Positions 50,949-61,923 are shown, counted from the first letter of the stretch. The stretch: 64,000 bases of DNA from an uncultured delta proteobacterium (GCA_963803435.1 CAWDML010000004.1:96001-160000); one strand, 5' to 3'. A program made the numbers and translations. The notes: generated from the letters alone by a model not told the origin.

Positions 50949-52547
50949 CTAGTGCGACGCGATCTCGTCCGCGCCCGGAGACGAGTCCCTGCGCTTTCTT
51001 CGCCGGCGGCGGCGCTTCTTCCGCTGCGGCTCGTCGGCGTCGCCGTTCGGCTCGGGCGCACCGTCCAGCGGGAACGCGGGGAGGATCTCGAGGCCCATGG
51101 CGCGCGCCCGCTGGTGCCAGTCGCGGACCTCGTCGAGCTCGATCTCGAGGGCGCGCGCCCGGACTTCGTAGAGGTTGAGCGCGTCGGGGAAGAAGCCGCG
51201 CTTCATGAGGACCGAGGGCGCGACGCGCCGGCGTCGCTTCTTGCCGCCGGAGCCGGCGCGGCCGAGGTGGCGCTGGGCCATGAACAGCTGTCGGAGGTGC
51301 TCCGAGAGCCGGCGGGTGAGGGCGATGCGGCTGCCGACGGTCGCGAGGAAGTCGACCAGGGCGCGGTTGCAATCCATGCCCGTGGCGTCGGCGCGGTCGA
51401 GGGCGTCCTCGAGCGGAGCGTAGAACAGGGCGCCCAGCACCACCGAGTCGGACACCGGCCCGCGCCTGAACAGGGCGTCGAGCGCGGCCAGGTGGCGGAA
51501 GAGCTGGTCCCGATGACTGGCGTGCCCGTTCGGCTCGCCGTCGGTGTCGAGGAAGGCCTGGATCTCGGGGAGTAGCACGCGGAGCAAGCCGGTCTGCTCC
51601 ATCAGCTCGACGGTGCGCTCCGAGAAGCCGATCCGGAGCAGCCGGAGCGTCTCCTCGAGCACTCGGGCGGGCGCGCAGAGCTGGATGTCGGTGCGGTACT
51701 CGAAGATCGCCCGCTCGAGCTCCGGATCCATCTCGAGCCCGACCTTCGCCTTGAACCGGATCGCGCGGAGGATCCGGACCGGATCCTCGCGAAGCCGGAT
51801 GTGAGGATCGCCGATCATCCGCAGGTAGCGGGCGCGGATGTCGGGAAGCCCACCGACGTGGTCGATGATCCGTCCGGCGGCCACGTCGTAGAACAGCCCG
51901 TTGATGGTGAAGTCGCGCCTGCGCGCGTCCTCCTCCTCCGTACCGAAGACGTTGTCGCGACGGATCAGGAGGTCGTCCGACTCGTCGCCTTCGGGCTCGA
52001 CCTGCGCACGGAAGGTAGAGACCTCGATGATCTTTCCTCCCCGGAAGTAGAGGTGCACGAGGCGGAAGCGGCGGCCGATGATCCGGCTGTTCCGGAAGAT
52101 CGACTTGATCTCCTCGGGTCGCGCATCCGTCGCGATGTCGAAGTCCTTCGGGGTGAGGCTGAGCAGCAGATCGCGGACGCAGCCACCCACCAGGTAGGCG
52201 CGGTGCCCAAAGCGGCGGAGGCGGCGCACCACCGACAGCGCCTCCGGATCGATCGAGTCGAGCGGGATCTCTTGAGTGTCTGCGACGCGGTCTCGCTGCG
52301 GCGGCGATCGCTTCTCGACCGTCGCGCTCCTTCGATCGCTCGTCCTCGCGCCGTTGGACGCCGGCTTGGCCGGGCCCATCGGCTCTACTTCTCGAATCTC
52401 GGCGCGTACCACTTCGGCCTCGGTCACGCGCGCCGCTCGCTCGACCGCACGATCGGTGGCTTGCGCGCTCTTCGCCCTGCGCGTTCGCGAAGAAGTCCAG
52501 TCTCGGACTTCCCGCACCACGCGCAGCGCCTCAATGAGCCAATCCAT
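50949..52547 (-). CDS. pcnB: Poly(A) polymerase I
   Basis: VGGCVRDLL, KDFDIAT, IIGRRFRLVH (PAP signature), EVSTFR, DNVFGT, RRDFTIN, EDPVRILRA. Confidence 0.93.
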   Translation of the reverse strand: MDWLIEALRVVREVRDWTSSRTRRAKSAQATDRAVERAARVTEAEVVRAEIREVEPMGPAKPASNGARTSDRRSATVEKRSPPQRDRVADTQEIPLDSIDPEALSVVRRLRRFGHRAYLVGGCVRDLLLSLTPKDFDIATDARPEEIKSIFRNSRIIGRRFRLVHLYFRGGKIIEVSTFRAQVEPEGDESDDLLIRRDNVFGTEEEDARRRDFTINGLFYDVAAGRIIDHVGGLPDIRARYLRMIGDPHIRLREDPVRILRAIRFKAKVGLEMDPELERAIFEYRTDIQLCAPARVLEETLRLLRIGFSERTVELMEQTGLLRVLLPEIQAFLDTDGEPNGHASHRDQLFRHLAALDALFRRGPVSDSVVLGALFYAPLEDALDRADATGMDCNRALVDFLATVGSRIALTRRLSEHLRQLFMAQRHLGRAGSGGKKRRRRVAPSVLMKRGFFPDALNLYEVRARALEIELDEVRDWHQRARAMGLEILPAFPLDGAPEPNGDADEPQRKKRRRRRRKRRDSSPGADEIASH

Positions 52548-52666
52548 GTCCTTTGTGCCGCCGAAGCCCAATCATACCAGGCACTTATGTAGGGCTCCCA
52601 GCGTGCGACTCTCCCGTACTGCTATAGCAGTGCAGGGCCGAGGCTTCAATGGTCTTGCGAGGGGGG

Positions 52667-54661
52667 CTAACCCTCGCTCTCGGCGACAGCCCGCAACTTG
52701 GGCCTGGGCACCATCGAGCTCATGAGCTTCGTCCCGAGCTCCTCGTCCTCGAGGTAGGTATATCCGTTCATGCCCGCCTCGAAGTGGCGCACCAGGGCGG
52801 CGCTCTGCTCGAAGGTCATGTCGCCCTTCGCCAGGGCGTGCTCCATGGCGATCCGAAGGCGGGTCATCAGGTGGCGCGGATCGTACGAGACGTAGCCGAT
52901 GACGTCTCGGACGGCGTCGCCCTCGACGATGCTCTTCACCGCGTAGCCGCTCGTCGGGTCGTACCGGATGTGCACGGCGTTGACGTCGCCGAACAGGTTG
53001 TGGAGATCGCCGAGGATCTCCTGATAGGCGCCCACGAGGAACACCCCCAGGAAGTAGGCCTCACCCGGGACGAACGTGTGGAGCTCGAGCGAGTCCTTGA
53101 CGTCGTGTAGGTCGATGAACTGGTTGATCTTGCCGTCGCTGTCGCAGGTGAGATCCGCCAGAATGCCGCGCCGTGTGGGCTGCTCGCCGAGCCGGTGGAT
53201 GGGCATGATCGGGAACAGGTGCTTCACCGCCCAGGAGTCGGGCACGCTCTGGAACACCGAGAAGTTGCAGAAGTAGGTGTCGGAGAGCTGGCGGTCGAGG
53301 CCGTCCAGATCCTCCGGGACGTAGTCCATCTCCTTGGCCAGCTTCCAGATCGAGCGGGCAGCCTTCCAGAACAACGCCTCGACGCGGGCGCGCTGCCGCA
53401 GGTTGAGGATGCCGTGGCGAAACAGCGAGAGCGCGTCCTCCTTCAGCTGCACGGCGTCGTGGTACGCCTCCTGGTAGTTCTTGCGGGAGATGCTGGACGC
53501 GACGTGCTCCATCTCCTCGATGACGGGGTGATCGCCCTCGTCGTTCTCGCCGTCGGGCGCCCGGGCCGGCGTGGGGACCGCCTGCTCTTCGGTCTGCCCG
53601 AGGACGTTGAAGACCAGCACCGAGTGGTGCGCCACCAGCGCGCGCCCCGACTCCGAGATGATGATCGGGTGCGGCACCTCCTCGCTGTCGAGGATCGTCT
53701 TCAAGGTGTAGACGATGTCGGCGGCGTACTCCTCGACGCTGTAGTTCTTCGACGCCTGGAAGTTGGTACGCGATCCGTCGTAGTCGACCGCCAGGCCGCC
53801 GCCGACGTCGATGTAGCCGAGCGGCGCGCCCATCTTGTGTAGATCGGAGTAGATGCGCGTGGCCTCGGCGACCGCGTCCTTGATCGCCCGGATCGCGGTG
53901 ATCTGCGAGCCCACATGGAAGTGCATCGCCACCAGCCGGTCCAGCATGCCCTCCTCGCCGAGGCGCTCGACCACCCGGACCAGCTCCGCGGCCGTGAGGC
54001 CGAACTTCGAGTGATCGCCGCCGGACTCGGCCCAGCGGCCGCTGCCCTTGCTGGCCAGCTTGGCCCGAACGCCGATGTTGGGCGAAAGGCCCATGCGCTT
54101 GGAGGCCTCGATGATCAGCTCGAGCTCGGCGAAGCGGTCGATGATGATGAGCGCGGTGATCCCGAGCCGCTGCGCCAGGAGTGCGGTCTCGATGTAGTCC
54201 CGATCCTTGTATCCGTTGCAGACCAGGACGCCGGCACCGGATTCGTCGCCCATCATGGCGATGGCGACCAGGAGCTCGGGCTTACTGCCGGCCTCCAGCC
54301 CGAGACCGAAGGGACGACCGTATTCGAGCAGCTCCTCCACGACGTGGCGCTGCTGGTTGACCTTGATCGGCATGACCAGCTGATAGCGGCCCTCGTAGCT
54401 GTACTCCGCGATCTTGTCGCGGAACGCCTGGTGGAGCTCCTCCATGCGGCGGCGCATGATGTCGGAGAAGCGGAGCAATAGCGGCATCGCCAGGCCGCGC
54501 CGGACCAGGTCGTCGACGACGCGCTTGACTGAGAGCTCCCCGCCGGAGGTGGCGCGCGGGGTGAGGACGACCTCGCCCTGTGCGTTGACATCGAAGTAAC
54601 CGTGTCCCCATCCGGCGACGTTGTAGAGCTCGGCGGAATCGCGGGGCGTCCAGACTTTCAC
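52667..54661 (-). CDS. speA: Biosynthetic arginine decarboxylase
   Basis: WGHGYF, PIKVNQQ, GLEAGSKPEL, HFHVGSQI, ESGRA, FQSVPDSWA, DLTCDSDG, GAYQEILG. Confidence 0.97.
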   Translation of the reverse strand: MKVWTPRDSAELYNVAGWGHGYFDVNAQGEVVLTPRATSGGELSVKRVVDDLVRRGLAMPLLLRFSDIMRRRMEELHQAFRDKIAEYSYEGRYQLVMPIKVNQQRHVVEELLEYGRPFGLGLEAGSKPELLVAIAMMGDESGAGVLVCNGYKDRDYIETALLAQRLGITALIIIDRFAELELIIEASKRMGLSPNIGVRAKLASKGSGRWAESGGDHSKFGLTAAELVRVVERLGEEGMLDRLVAMHFHVGSQITAIRAIKDAVAEATRIYSDLHKMGAPLGYIDVGGGLAVDYDGSRTNFQASKNYSVEEYAADIVYTLKTILDSEEVPHPIIISESGRALVAHHSVLVFNVLGQTEEQAVPTPARAPDGENDEGDHPVIEEMEHVASSISRKNYQEAYHDAVQLKEDALSLFRHGILNLRQRARVEALFWKAARSIWKLAKEMDYVPEDLDGLDRQLSDTYFCNFSVFQSVPDSWAVKHLFPIMPIHRLGEQPTRRGILADLTCDSDGKINQFIDLHDVKDSLELHTFVPGEAYFLGVFLVGAYQEILGDLHNLFGDVNAVHIRYDPTSGYAVKSIVEGDAVRDVIGYVSYDPRHLMTRLRIAMEHALAKGDMTFEQSAALVRHFEAGMNGYTYLEDEELGTKLMSSMVPRPKLRAVAESEG

Positions 54662-54768
54662 GGTTTGAGCAATACAACCAGCGGACCGGAGGTCAAAAGC
54701 TTTTCCGTGATTCTTGCCGCACGCCCGACGCTTGCGGGGTTGGGATCACTTCGGCAAGCTGGCGCCCG

Positions 54769-57090
54769 GTGCTCGAGAGTAGCCGGTGGCGGCGCCCAGG
54801 GCGCTTTCTTCGTGATCTGAACATTCTCGCGCTGCTGGTGGTGATCGCCTCCGGCGCGTCGCTGCTTCTCCTACCTCAGTCGGACGACGGCTTGCTCGGC
54901 CTGCCCGACCTGGTCGCCGGCGAGTCGGCGCCGCGCACCATCAAGAGCCCGCGCACCTTCGCGATCGAGGATCCGGAGACGACCGCGCGGCTGCGTCGCG
55001 AGGCCCGCGGCCGCGAGCGACCGACCTACGATCTGCACGTCGGCTTCGGGCAGGACGCGAAGGCGCGCATCGAGGCCGCCTTCCTGGCGGCCGCCGCTGC
55101 TCAGCCGGTGACGAGCGGGGGCGCGGATCGTCCCGAGCCTGGCGCCAAGCTCGCCGCAGCGGCCGACAAGGAGCAGGAGGACGCCCGCCGCGAGCGCGCC
55201 CGGGCGTTCATGCTCGCGCTCGGCGTGACGCTCGACGAGTCGGCGCTCCTGCCGCTGATCAAGGCCTCGGGCGACGACGAGCTCCGCGACGCAGCCATCA
55301 TGCTGGTCAAGGCGGTGTTCGAGGGCCGGATCGTCGAGGACAAGGCGCTCCTCGCGCTGCGGGCGCCGAACGGTCTCCAGGTCCGGATGGTCAACCCGGA
55401 CGGCACGGTCAACCGCGAGGAGAACGTCTTCAACTACAACGCGATCGTCGGCTTCGACGCCGCCCGGGCCAAGGTGGACGAGCTGGTCGCCGACCGCATG
55501 CTCCGGTTCCCGCTCGAGGAGCGGCGCGCGGTGGCGATGCTGGCGAAGCGCCTGCTGAAGCCGAACCTGATCCCCAACGAGTTCGAGACCGAGCGCCGCA
55601 AGCTGGCCGCGGAGCGGTCGGTGAAGACGGTCGTCATCCCCATCAAGTCCGGCGAGACCGTGCTGCGGGCCGGCGAGCGCATCACCGAGCGCCACCTGTT
55701 CATCTTGGTCGGAATGGAGCAGGAGCTGCGGGCCGAGAGCCGCGTGCAGGCCTCCGCCGGGAGCGCGCTCCTCATCGTCGTGTTGGTCATCCTGATCTAT
55801 CGCTTCAGCCGGCTGGGCTTCCGGCGGTTCAGCCCGACGCACCGCGACCTCGCGTTCCTCGCCACCGCGTACCTGGCGACGCTGCTGTCGATTTGGGCAG
55901 GGTACAAGGGCGTCCTCTACCTCACGGAGGCGTTCCCGCTGGTCTCGATCACCGCCTATCGCTTCGCGCTCCCGGTGGCCGCCGGCGCGCTCCTGGTGCG
56001 CTTCGTGGTGGGCGCCGAGTCGGCGGCCGCGTTCGCGGTGGTGGTGGGCCTGACCGCGGGCTGGATGATGGACGCCAACCTCGGGTACGCCGCGTACGCG
56101 ACCGCCGGCGCCTTTGCAGCGGCCACCGTGCGCGACTCGGACCACCCGCGCGCGTCCCTGTTCATCGCGGGCTTGCGGAGCGCGGTGGCGCAGGGCCTGA
56201 TCGTGGTCTCGCTGGCGCTCCTCCGCTCGAGCCTCGGTCTCGAGGAGACCACCGGCGAGCTCCTGGCGGCGGCGGTGTCCGGGCTGATCACGGCCGTGGT
56301 GGTGTGGGCGGTGGTGCCGGCGGTGGAGGTGCTCTTCGGCTACACCACCGCGCTGAAGCTGAACGACCTGGCCAACCTGAACCACCCCTTGCTCCGCCAG
56401 CTGCTGGTGGAGGCGCCCGGCACGTACCACCACGCGATCATGGTGGGGACGCTGGCCGAGGCCGCGGCTACCGCGATCGGCGCGAACCGCCTGCTCGCCC
56501 GGGTCGGCGGCTACTATCACGACGTGGGCAAGATCCGGAACCCGCGCGCGTTCGAGGAGAACGGGCACACCGGATTCCCGACCCTTTCGCCGCTCGACGA
56601 GGCCAAGGAGCTCAAGATGCACGTCGCCGACGGTCTCGAGATCGGCGCCAAGCATCGCCTCGGCCAGGCCGTCCTCGAGATCATCGCGCAGCATCACGGC
56701 ACCTCGAAGGTCCGCATCGCGCGAAGGCGCTCGGTCGGTCCCACGTCCGACGCCGACTTCGCCTACGCGGGCCCACGGCCGATGGAGCCCGAGTCGGCGC
56801 TGGTCATGCTGGCGGACGTGGTCGAGGTTGGCACGCGCGATCTGGTCGCAGAGGTGGGCCTGGAGCGGCCGCGCATCGAGTCGATGGTGCGCCGGCTGGT
56901 GACCGAGATGGAGGCCGACGCTCAGCTCGATCTCTGCGATCTCACGCTCAAGGATCTCGGTGTGGTGATCCGCGAGTTCACCGACGTCCTCGACGAGCGC
57001 GTCTCCCGGCGGACGCGCTCCACGCTGTCCGCGATCCCGACCATCTCGGCGGCGGCCGTGGTCCGGGCTCCCGGCGGCGAGCCGAACTGA
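54769..57090 (+). CDS. 7TM-HD (HDIG) membrane phosphohydrolase, PgpH/YqfF-like
   Basis: Extracellular domain, 7 TM segments, HPLL..L..EAPGTYHH, YYHDVGK, QHHGT, MLAD; adjacent to ybeY. Confidence 0.9.
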   Translation: MLESSRWRRPGRFLRDLNILALLVVIASGASLLLLPQSDDGLLGLPDLVAGESAPRTIKSPRTFAIEDPETTARLRREARGRERPTYDLHVGFGQDAKARIEAAFLAAAAAQPVTSGGADRPEPGAKLAAAADKEQEDARRERARAFMLALGVTLDESALLPLIKASGDDELRDAAIMLVKAVFEGRIVEDKALLALRAPNGLQVRMVNPDGTVNREENVFNYNAIVGFDAARAKVDELVADRMLRFPLEERRAVAMLAKRLLKPNLIPNEFETERRKLAAERSVKTVVIPIKSGETVLRAGERITERHLFILVGMEQELRAESRVQASAGSALLIVVLVILIYRFSRLGFRRFSPTHRDLAFLATAYLATLLSIWAGYKGVLYLTEAFPLVSITAYRFALPVAAGALLVRFVVGAESAAAFAVVVGLTAGWMMDANLGYAAYATAGAFAAATVRDSDHPRASLFIAGLRSAVAQGLIVVSLALLRSSLGLEETTGELLAAAVSGLITAVVVWAVVPAVEVLFGYTTALKLNDLANLNHPLLRQLLVEAPGTYHHAIMVGTLAEAAATAIGANRLLARVGGYYHDVGKIRNPRAFEENGHTGFPTLSPLDEAKELKMHVADGLEIGAKHRLGQAVLEIIAQHHGTSKVRIARRRSVGPTSDADFAYAGPRPMEPESALVMLADVVEVGTRDLVAEVGLERPRIESMVRRLVTEMEADAQLDLCDLTLKDLGVVIREFTDVLDERVSRRTRSTLSAIPTISAAAVVRAPGGEPN

Positions 57091-57098
57091 CCTCGGAG

Positions 57099-57530
57099 AT
57101 GCCCGTCTCGCTCACGCGCCGCCGCCGCCAGGGCGCGCAGGGTGGCTCGCCCGCGCGGGTGCGCCGGGCGGTGGAGATGACGCTCGAGGTCGAGTCGGCG
57201 GAGGGCCGCGAGGTCTCGGTTCTCCTCACTGACGACGCCGAGATTCACGAGCTCAACCGGGGCTACCGCGGCGTGGATCGCCCCACCGACGTGCTCGCCT
57301 TCGCGCTCGACGAGGCCGGTGTGGTCGACGTGGGGCTGGGCGACGTGGTGATCAGCGTGGAGCGGGCCCGCGCGCAGGCGAAGAGCCGGCGCACCGACCT
57401 CGATCGGGAGCTCGAGCTCCTGGCCGTGCACGGGACGCTCCATCTGCTCGGGTACGATCATGCGGAGCCGGGCGAGGCACGGGCGATGCGCAACCGGACG
57501 CGCCTGATCCGCCGAAGGCTGTGCCGTTGA
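57099..57530 (+). CDS. ybeY: rRNA maturation endoribonuclease YbeY
   Basis: LNRGYRGVDRPTDVL, LGDVVIS, HGTLHLLGYDH. Confidence 0.95.
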   Translation: MPVSLTRRRRQGAQGGSPARVRRAVEMTLEVESAEGREVSVLLTDDAEIHELNRGYRGVDRPTDVLAFALDEAGVVDVGLGDVVISVERARAQAKSRRTDLDRELELLAVHGTLHLLGYDHAEPGEARAMRNRTRLIRRRLCR

Positions 57531-57561
57531 CTCGAATGGCGGGGCGTACTTCTCTCCCTCC

Positions 57562-58800
57562 ATGGAGATCCCAAAGGGCGAGCGCTCCCCCCTGCCCGAG
57601 CTGGGGCCGATCCCGGACCTTCCCGAAGGCTCGAGCAAGATGATCATCGAGATGGGGCCGTCCCATCCGGCGATGCACGGCACGGTGAAGATGCGGGTGC
57701 GGGTCGACGGCGAGACCGTGGAGCGGATCGACGTGGACGTCGGCTACCTGCACCGCGCGTTCGAGAAGTCGTCCGAGAACGCCACCTGGACGATGATCTT
57801 CCCCTACACCGATCGGCTGAACTACGTCTCGCCGCTGATCAACAACAACGCCTACGCGTCGGCCGTGGAGAAGCTCTTCGACCTCGAGATCCCGCTGCGC
57901 GCAAAATACTGCCGGACGATCGCCGCCGAGATGTCGCGAATGTCGGACCACTTCACTTCGATCGGCGCCTCCACCATGGAGCTGGGCGCGTTCACCGGGA
58001 TGCTCTATCTGATCGAGGCCCGCGACATCATGTGGGACGCCGTCGAGGAGCTCTGCGGGGCCCGGCTGACCGTCTCCTACGCTCGCATCGGCGGCGTGGT
58101 GCAGGACCTGCCGGACGGGTTCGCGCCCGGGCTGCGGAAGAAGCTCGACCGGATCGCCGGGCTGCTCGACGACGTCGACACCCTCCTCACGCGGAACCGG
58201 ATCTTCATCGACCGCATGAAGGGGATCGGGACGATGAGCGCCGACGACGCGATCTCCTGGGGCTGGACCGGACCCTGCCTGCGCTCGACCGGGATCCCGT
58301 ACGACGTCCGCCGTGCCGCGCCCTACGACGTCTACGACCGCATCGAGTTTGACGTCGCGGTCGGCGATCACGGCGACAACTACGATCGCTACCTGGTGCG
58401 GATGCAGGAGCTCCGGGAGTCGCGCAGGATCCTGCTCCAGTGTCTGGATCAGATCGATGACACGCCGCCCGAGACCATCGTCGACGACGCCCGCATCAAG
58501 CTGCCCGAGAAGGAGAAGGTTCACACCGCCATCGAGGAGCTGATGAACCACTTCAAGCTGATCATCGAGGGCATCCAGGTACCCAAGGGGGAGGCCTACG
58601 CATATCAGGAGGGGGCCAACGGGGAGCTCGGCTTCTACATCGTCTCCAACGGCGGCGGAAAGCCGTTGAAGATCCGCTGTCGTCCGCCCTGTTTCCCGAT
58701 CACCTCGTCGCTCCAGCAGCTGATCGAAGGCGGAATGCTCGCGGACATCGTCCCGACGTTCGGCTCGATCAACATGATCGGTGGAGAGTGTGACCGCTGA
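57562..58800 (+). CDS. nuoD: NADH-quinone oxidoreductase subunit D
   Basis: MGPSHPAMHG, GYLHR, DRLNY, RIGGV, GDNYDRY, GELG, GECDR. Confidence 0.93.
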   Translation: MEIPKGERSPLPELGPIPDLPEGSSKMIIEMGPSHPAMHGTVKMRVRVDGETVERIDVDVGYLHRAFEKSSENATWTMIFPYTDRLNYVSPLINNNAYASAVEKLFDLEIPLRAKYCRTIAAEMSRMSDHFTSIGASTMELGAFTGMLYLIEARDIMWDAVEELCGARLTVSYARIGGVVQDLPDGFAPGLRKKLDRIAGLLDDVDTLLTRNRIFIDRMKGIGTMSADDAISWGWTGPCLRSTGIPYDVRRAAPYDVYDRIEFDVAVGDHGDNYDRYLVRMQELRESRRILLQCLDQIDDTPPETIVDDARIKLPEKEKVHTAIEELMNHFKLIIEGIQVPKGEAYAYQEGANGELGFYIVSNGGGKPLKIRCRPPCFPITSSLQQLIEGGMLADIVPTFGSINMIGGECDR

Positions 58801-60116
58801 CTCCACCGGCGACCTGACGATCCGGAACGGGACGCTCGTATCGGCGCGCGGGCGTGTGCAGGGTGACCTGCAGATCATCGGCGGGCGCATCTCCGCCGTC
58901 GGTGCGGTGAAGGACGACCGCGGGGAGGTTTTCGACGCCACTCACCTCCTGGTGATGCCGGGCGTGATCGATCCGCAGGTCCACTTCCGCGAGCCGGGGA
59001 ACACGCACAAGGAGGACATCCACACCGGGTCGCGCGCCTGCGCCGCCGGCGGTGTGACCTCCTTCCTCGAGATGCCGAACACGCACCCGCCGACCACGAC
59101 CCCCGAGGCGCTCGCGTACAAGATGCAGCGCGGAGCCCTGACGTCGCTGGTCAACTACGGCTTCTTCATCGGCGCCACCGGGGACAACGTCGACGTGCTC
59201 AACGCGGTGGAGCAGGTCCCGGGCATCAAGATCTTCATGGGCGCCAGCACCGGATCACTGCTGGTGAGCGAGCGCGAGCCGCTCGAGCGGATCTTCTCCA
59301 ACGGCAGCCGGTTGATCGCGGTGCACGCCGAAGATCAGCCGCGCCTCGACGAGCGGTACGCAGCCTTCGCCGGAGCGACCGATCCCAAGGTGCACTCGGA
59401 GATCCGGGACGTCGAGACGGCCCTGCGCGCGACGAAGCTGGCCGTCGAGCTCTCCGATCTCTACCGGCGGCGCCTCCACGTCCTCCACATGTCGACCGGC
59501 GACGAGGCGGACTTCCTGCGCGCCCACGGGAAGGACGGGGCACGGATCACCTGCGAGGTCACGCCGCAGCACCTCCTGCTCAACGCGCCCGAGATCTACC
59601 GATCGACTCGGGACGCTCGCGCAGATGAACCCGCCGCTCCGGACCAAGGAGCACAGCGACCGCCTCTGGGCGGCGCTCCTCGACGGCACGATCGACTGCA
59701 TCGCCACCGATCACGCGCCGCATACGCTGGAAGAGAAGGCGCTCGGCTTCGGCAAGGCGCCTTCGGGGATGCCGGGCGTCGAGACCGCGCTGCCGCTGAT
59801 GGTCGACGCGGCCGCCCAGGGCCGGTGCGCGATCGAGCACGTGGTGGAGTGGATGTGCGAGGCCCCGGCGCGGTGCTATCGGATGAAGCGGAAGGGGCGC
59901 CTGACGGTCGGGTTCGACGGGGACGTGGTGCTGGTCGACCCGGCGCGGGTTCAGCCGGTGGGCGCCCGCGGGTATCAGACGAAGGTGGCCTGGAGCCCCT
60001 TCGAGGGCATGCGCCTGACGGGGTGGCCGATCGCCACGGTCGTCGGCGGGCACTTCGTTTATCGCGACGGTGTGGTCGGGGCGAGGGCGCGGGGCGCTCC
60101 GATCGAGTTCGAGTAA
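58781..60116 (+). CDS. pyrC: Dihydroorotase (type I), +1 frameshift near 59600
   Basis: PGVIDPQVHFREPG, EMPNT, HAED, CEVTPQHL, then MNPPLR, ATDHAPH, GMPGVET; start uncertain. Confidence 0.85.
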
Positions 60117-60318
60117 AATCGTCGATCCAGTCGCCGCTGCAAGGGCGAAGGGTGCCTTCGAGATGGGGCCGCCATGGCCTTCACCAGGTGGGACGCCCTC
60201 GCCCAATGCCGCATCGTTGGCCTCTTGCGGGTCGCGGGGACGTCTCCATCGAAGGTTGGGATGGGCTGGGCGCCGGGGACCCCCTTCCTCGACGCCCGGC
60301 CCCGTCCCGTCGAAGATC

Positions 60319-61923
60319 GTGGGTGTGGGGCTCCGCATCGGGCTCGTCCTCGCGCTCTTGTGGTCGGTGCCCGCGCTGGCCGCCGAGCGGAGCTACGCGC
60401 TGGTGATCGGCAACTCCACCTCGCTGACACCCGGCGTGCGGCCCCTCGAGTTTGCCGATGACGACGCGGCTCGTTACGCGGAGCTCCTCGATGCGGTCAC
60501 CGATCGCGTCGTGTTGCTCACCGTGCTCGACCCGGACGCGCAGCGAATCCACCCCGAGCTGGCGGCGCACGCCCGCCCGCCGGATCGCAAAGGGGTGCTG
60601 GCGGCGCTCGCCGATCTGTACGCTTCGATGGACCGGGATCGTAAGGCGGGGCGCTCCGTCGTCTTCTACTTCATCTTGATCGGACACGGAGAGCTGGGGC
60701 CGGGCGGAGAGGGCTTCGTCTCGCTCCTCGACGCGCCCTTCACCCGGGCCGACCTGTACGAGCAGGTGCTCTCGCGCTCCCCGGCCACCACGAACCACGT
60801 CATCATCGACGCGTGCAACTCGTACTTCCTGGTGAATCGACGCGGCGCGGACGATAGCGGGCCCTCCCGCGCCGAGGCGGTCGAGGCGTACCTGAGCCGG
60901 GAGGACCTCGCGAGCTACCCGAACACGGGCGTCCTGCTCTCGACGAGCAGCGCCAAGGAGAGCCACGAGTGGTCGGCCTATCGCGCCGGCGTGTTCTCCC
61001 ACGAGGTCCGCTCGGCGATGACCGGGGCAGCGGACGCCAACCGCGACGGTCGCGTCGACTACTCGGAGCTCCACGCGTTCGTGGCGGCGGCCAACCTTCG
61101 TGTGGACGATCCGCGCGCGCGCATCGATCTGTTCGTCCGCCCTCCGGCGATCGACGTCCGCACGCCGCTGATCGATCTCCGCTCATCGCACTTCTCGAAC
61201 TACCTCGCGGTTCCCGCGGGTGCTCCGGTGCGCTTCTATCTCGAAGACGACCGCGGCGTTCGCTACGCCGACGTCAACCTGAGCGGCGAGACCGAGACCT
61301 ATCTGGCGCTGGTCCGGCGCGACTTCTACTGGGTGCGCGATCCCGACGATCGCCGCGAGGGCAGGTTGGATCTGGCGGGCGCCGGGCAGCTCGAGCTGGA
61401 TGTGGGCGCGATGCGGCCCCGGCGGATCGCGGCGCGCGGCGCCATCGGCGACACGTTCCAGACCCAGCTCTTCCGCGAGCCGTTCGGGCCCGAGTTCTAT
61501 CGAGGGTTCGCGGCCGCGCACGGCTACGTGGCCGCCTCCGAGTCCGGAACCTGGGTCCCGCTGGTGGCCGAGGTCGACGCGGCCCCGCCCGCCCGGACCG
61601 CCGCCTCCATCGCGCTCTGGGCGACCGCCGCCGGGCTCGTCGGGGTCGGCGTTTACGCTCAGGTCCGCAGCTCGAAGGCGGTGCGCGACTTCGATGCGCA
61701 CGTTCGCGCCGACGGCACCGTCGAGGGCCTCACGCGGCCCGAGGCCGAGGCGCTGGAGAAGGACGCGCGCGTCTGGGCGTGGACTCGGAACGGGGTGCTC
61801 GCAGGTGCTACGGCCGCGCTGATCAGCGGACTCGTCGTCTGGTTGTGGCCCGAGGTCGGGGGAGCGCACGACGTCTCGGTGGGTTCGGATGGGACCTCGG
61901 TCCTCGTGAACGGTGTCTTCTGA
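60319..61923 (+). CDS. Secreted or membrane caspase-like (peptidase C14) domain protein
   Basis: Signal peptide; YALVIGN, ADDDA, catalytic GHG and IIDAC, SHE, G.FSH...GAAD; C-terminal TM segments. Confidence 0.85.
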   Translation: MGVGLRIGLVLALLWSVPALAAERSYALVIGNSTSLTPGVRPLEFADDDAARYAELLDAVTDRVVLLTVLDPDAQRIHPELAAHARPPDRKGVLAALADLYASMDRDRKAGRSVVFYFILIGHGELGPGGEGFVSLLDAPFTRADLYEQVLSRSPATTNHVIIDACNSYFLVNRRGADDSGPSRAEAVEAYLSREDLASYPNTGVLLSTSSAKESHEWSAYRAGVFSHEVRSAMTGAADANRDGRVDYSELHAFVAAANLRVDDPRARIDLFVRPPAIDVRTPLIDLRSSHFSNYLAVPAGAPVRFYLEDDRGVRYADVNLSGETETYLALVRRDFYWVRDPDDRREGRLDLAGAGQLELDVGAMRPRRIAARGAIGDTFQTQLFREPFGPEFYRGFAAAHGYVAASESGTWVPLVAEVDAAPPARTAASIALWATAAGLVGVGVYAQVRSSKAVRDFDAHVRADGTVEGLTRPEAEALEKDARVWAWTRNGVLAGATAALISGLVVWLWPEVGGAHDVSVGSDGTSVLVNGVF

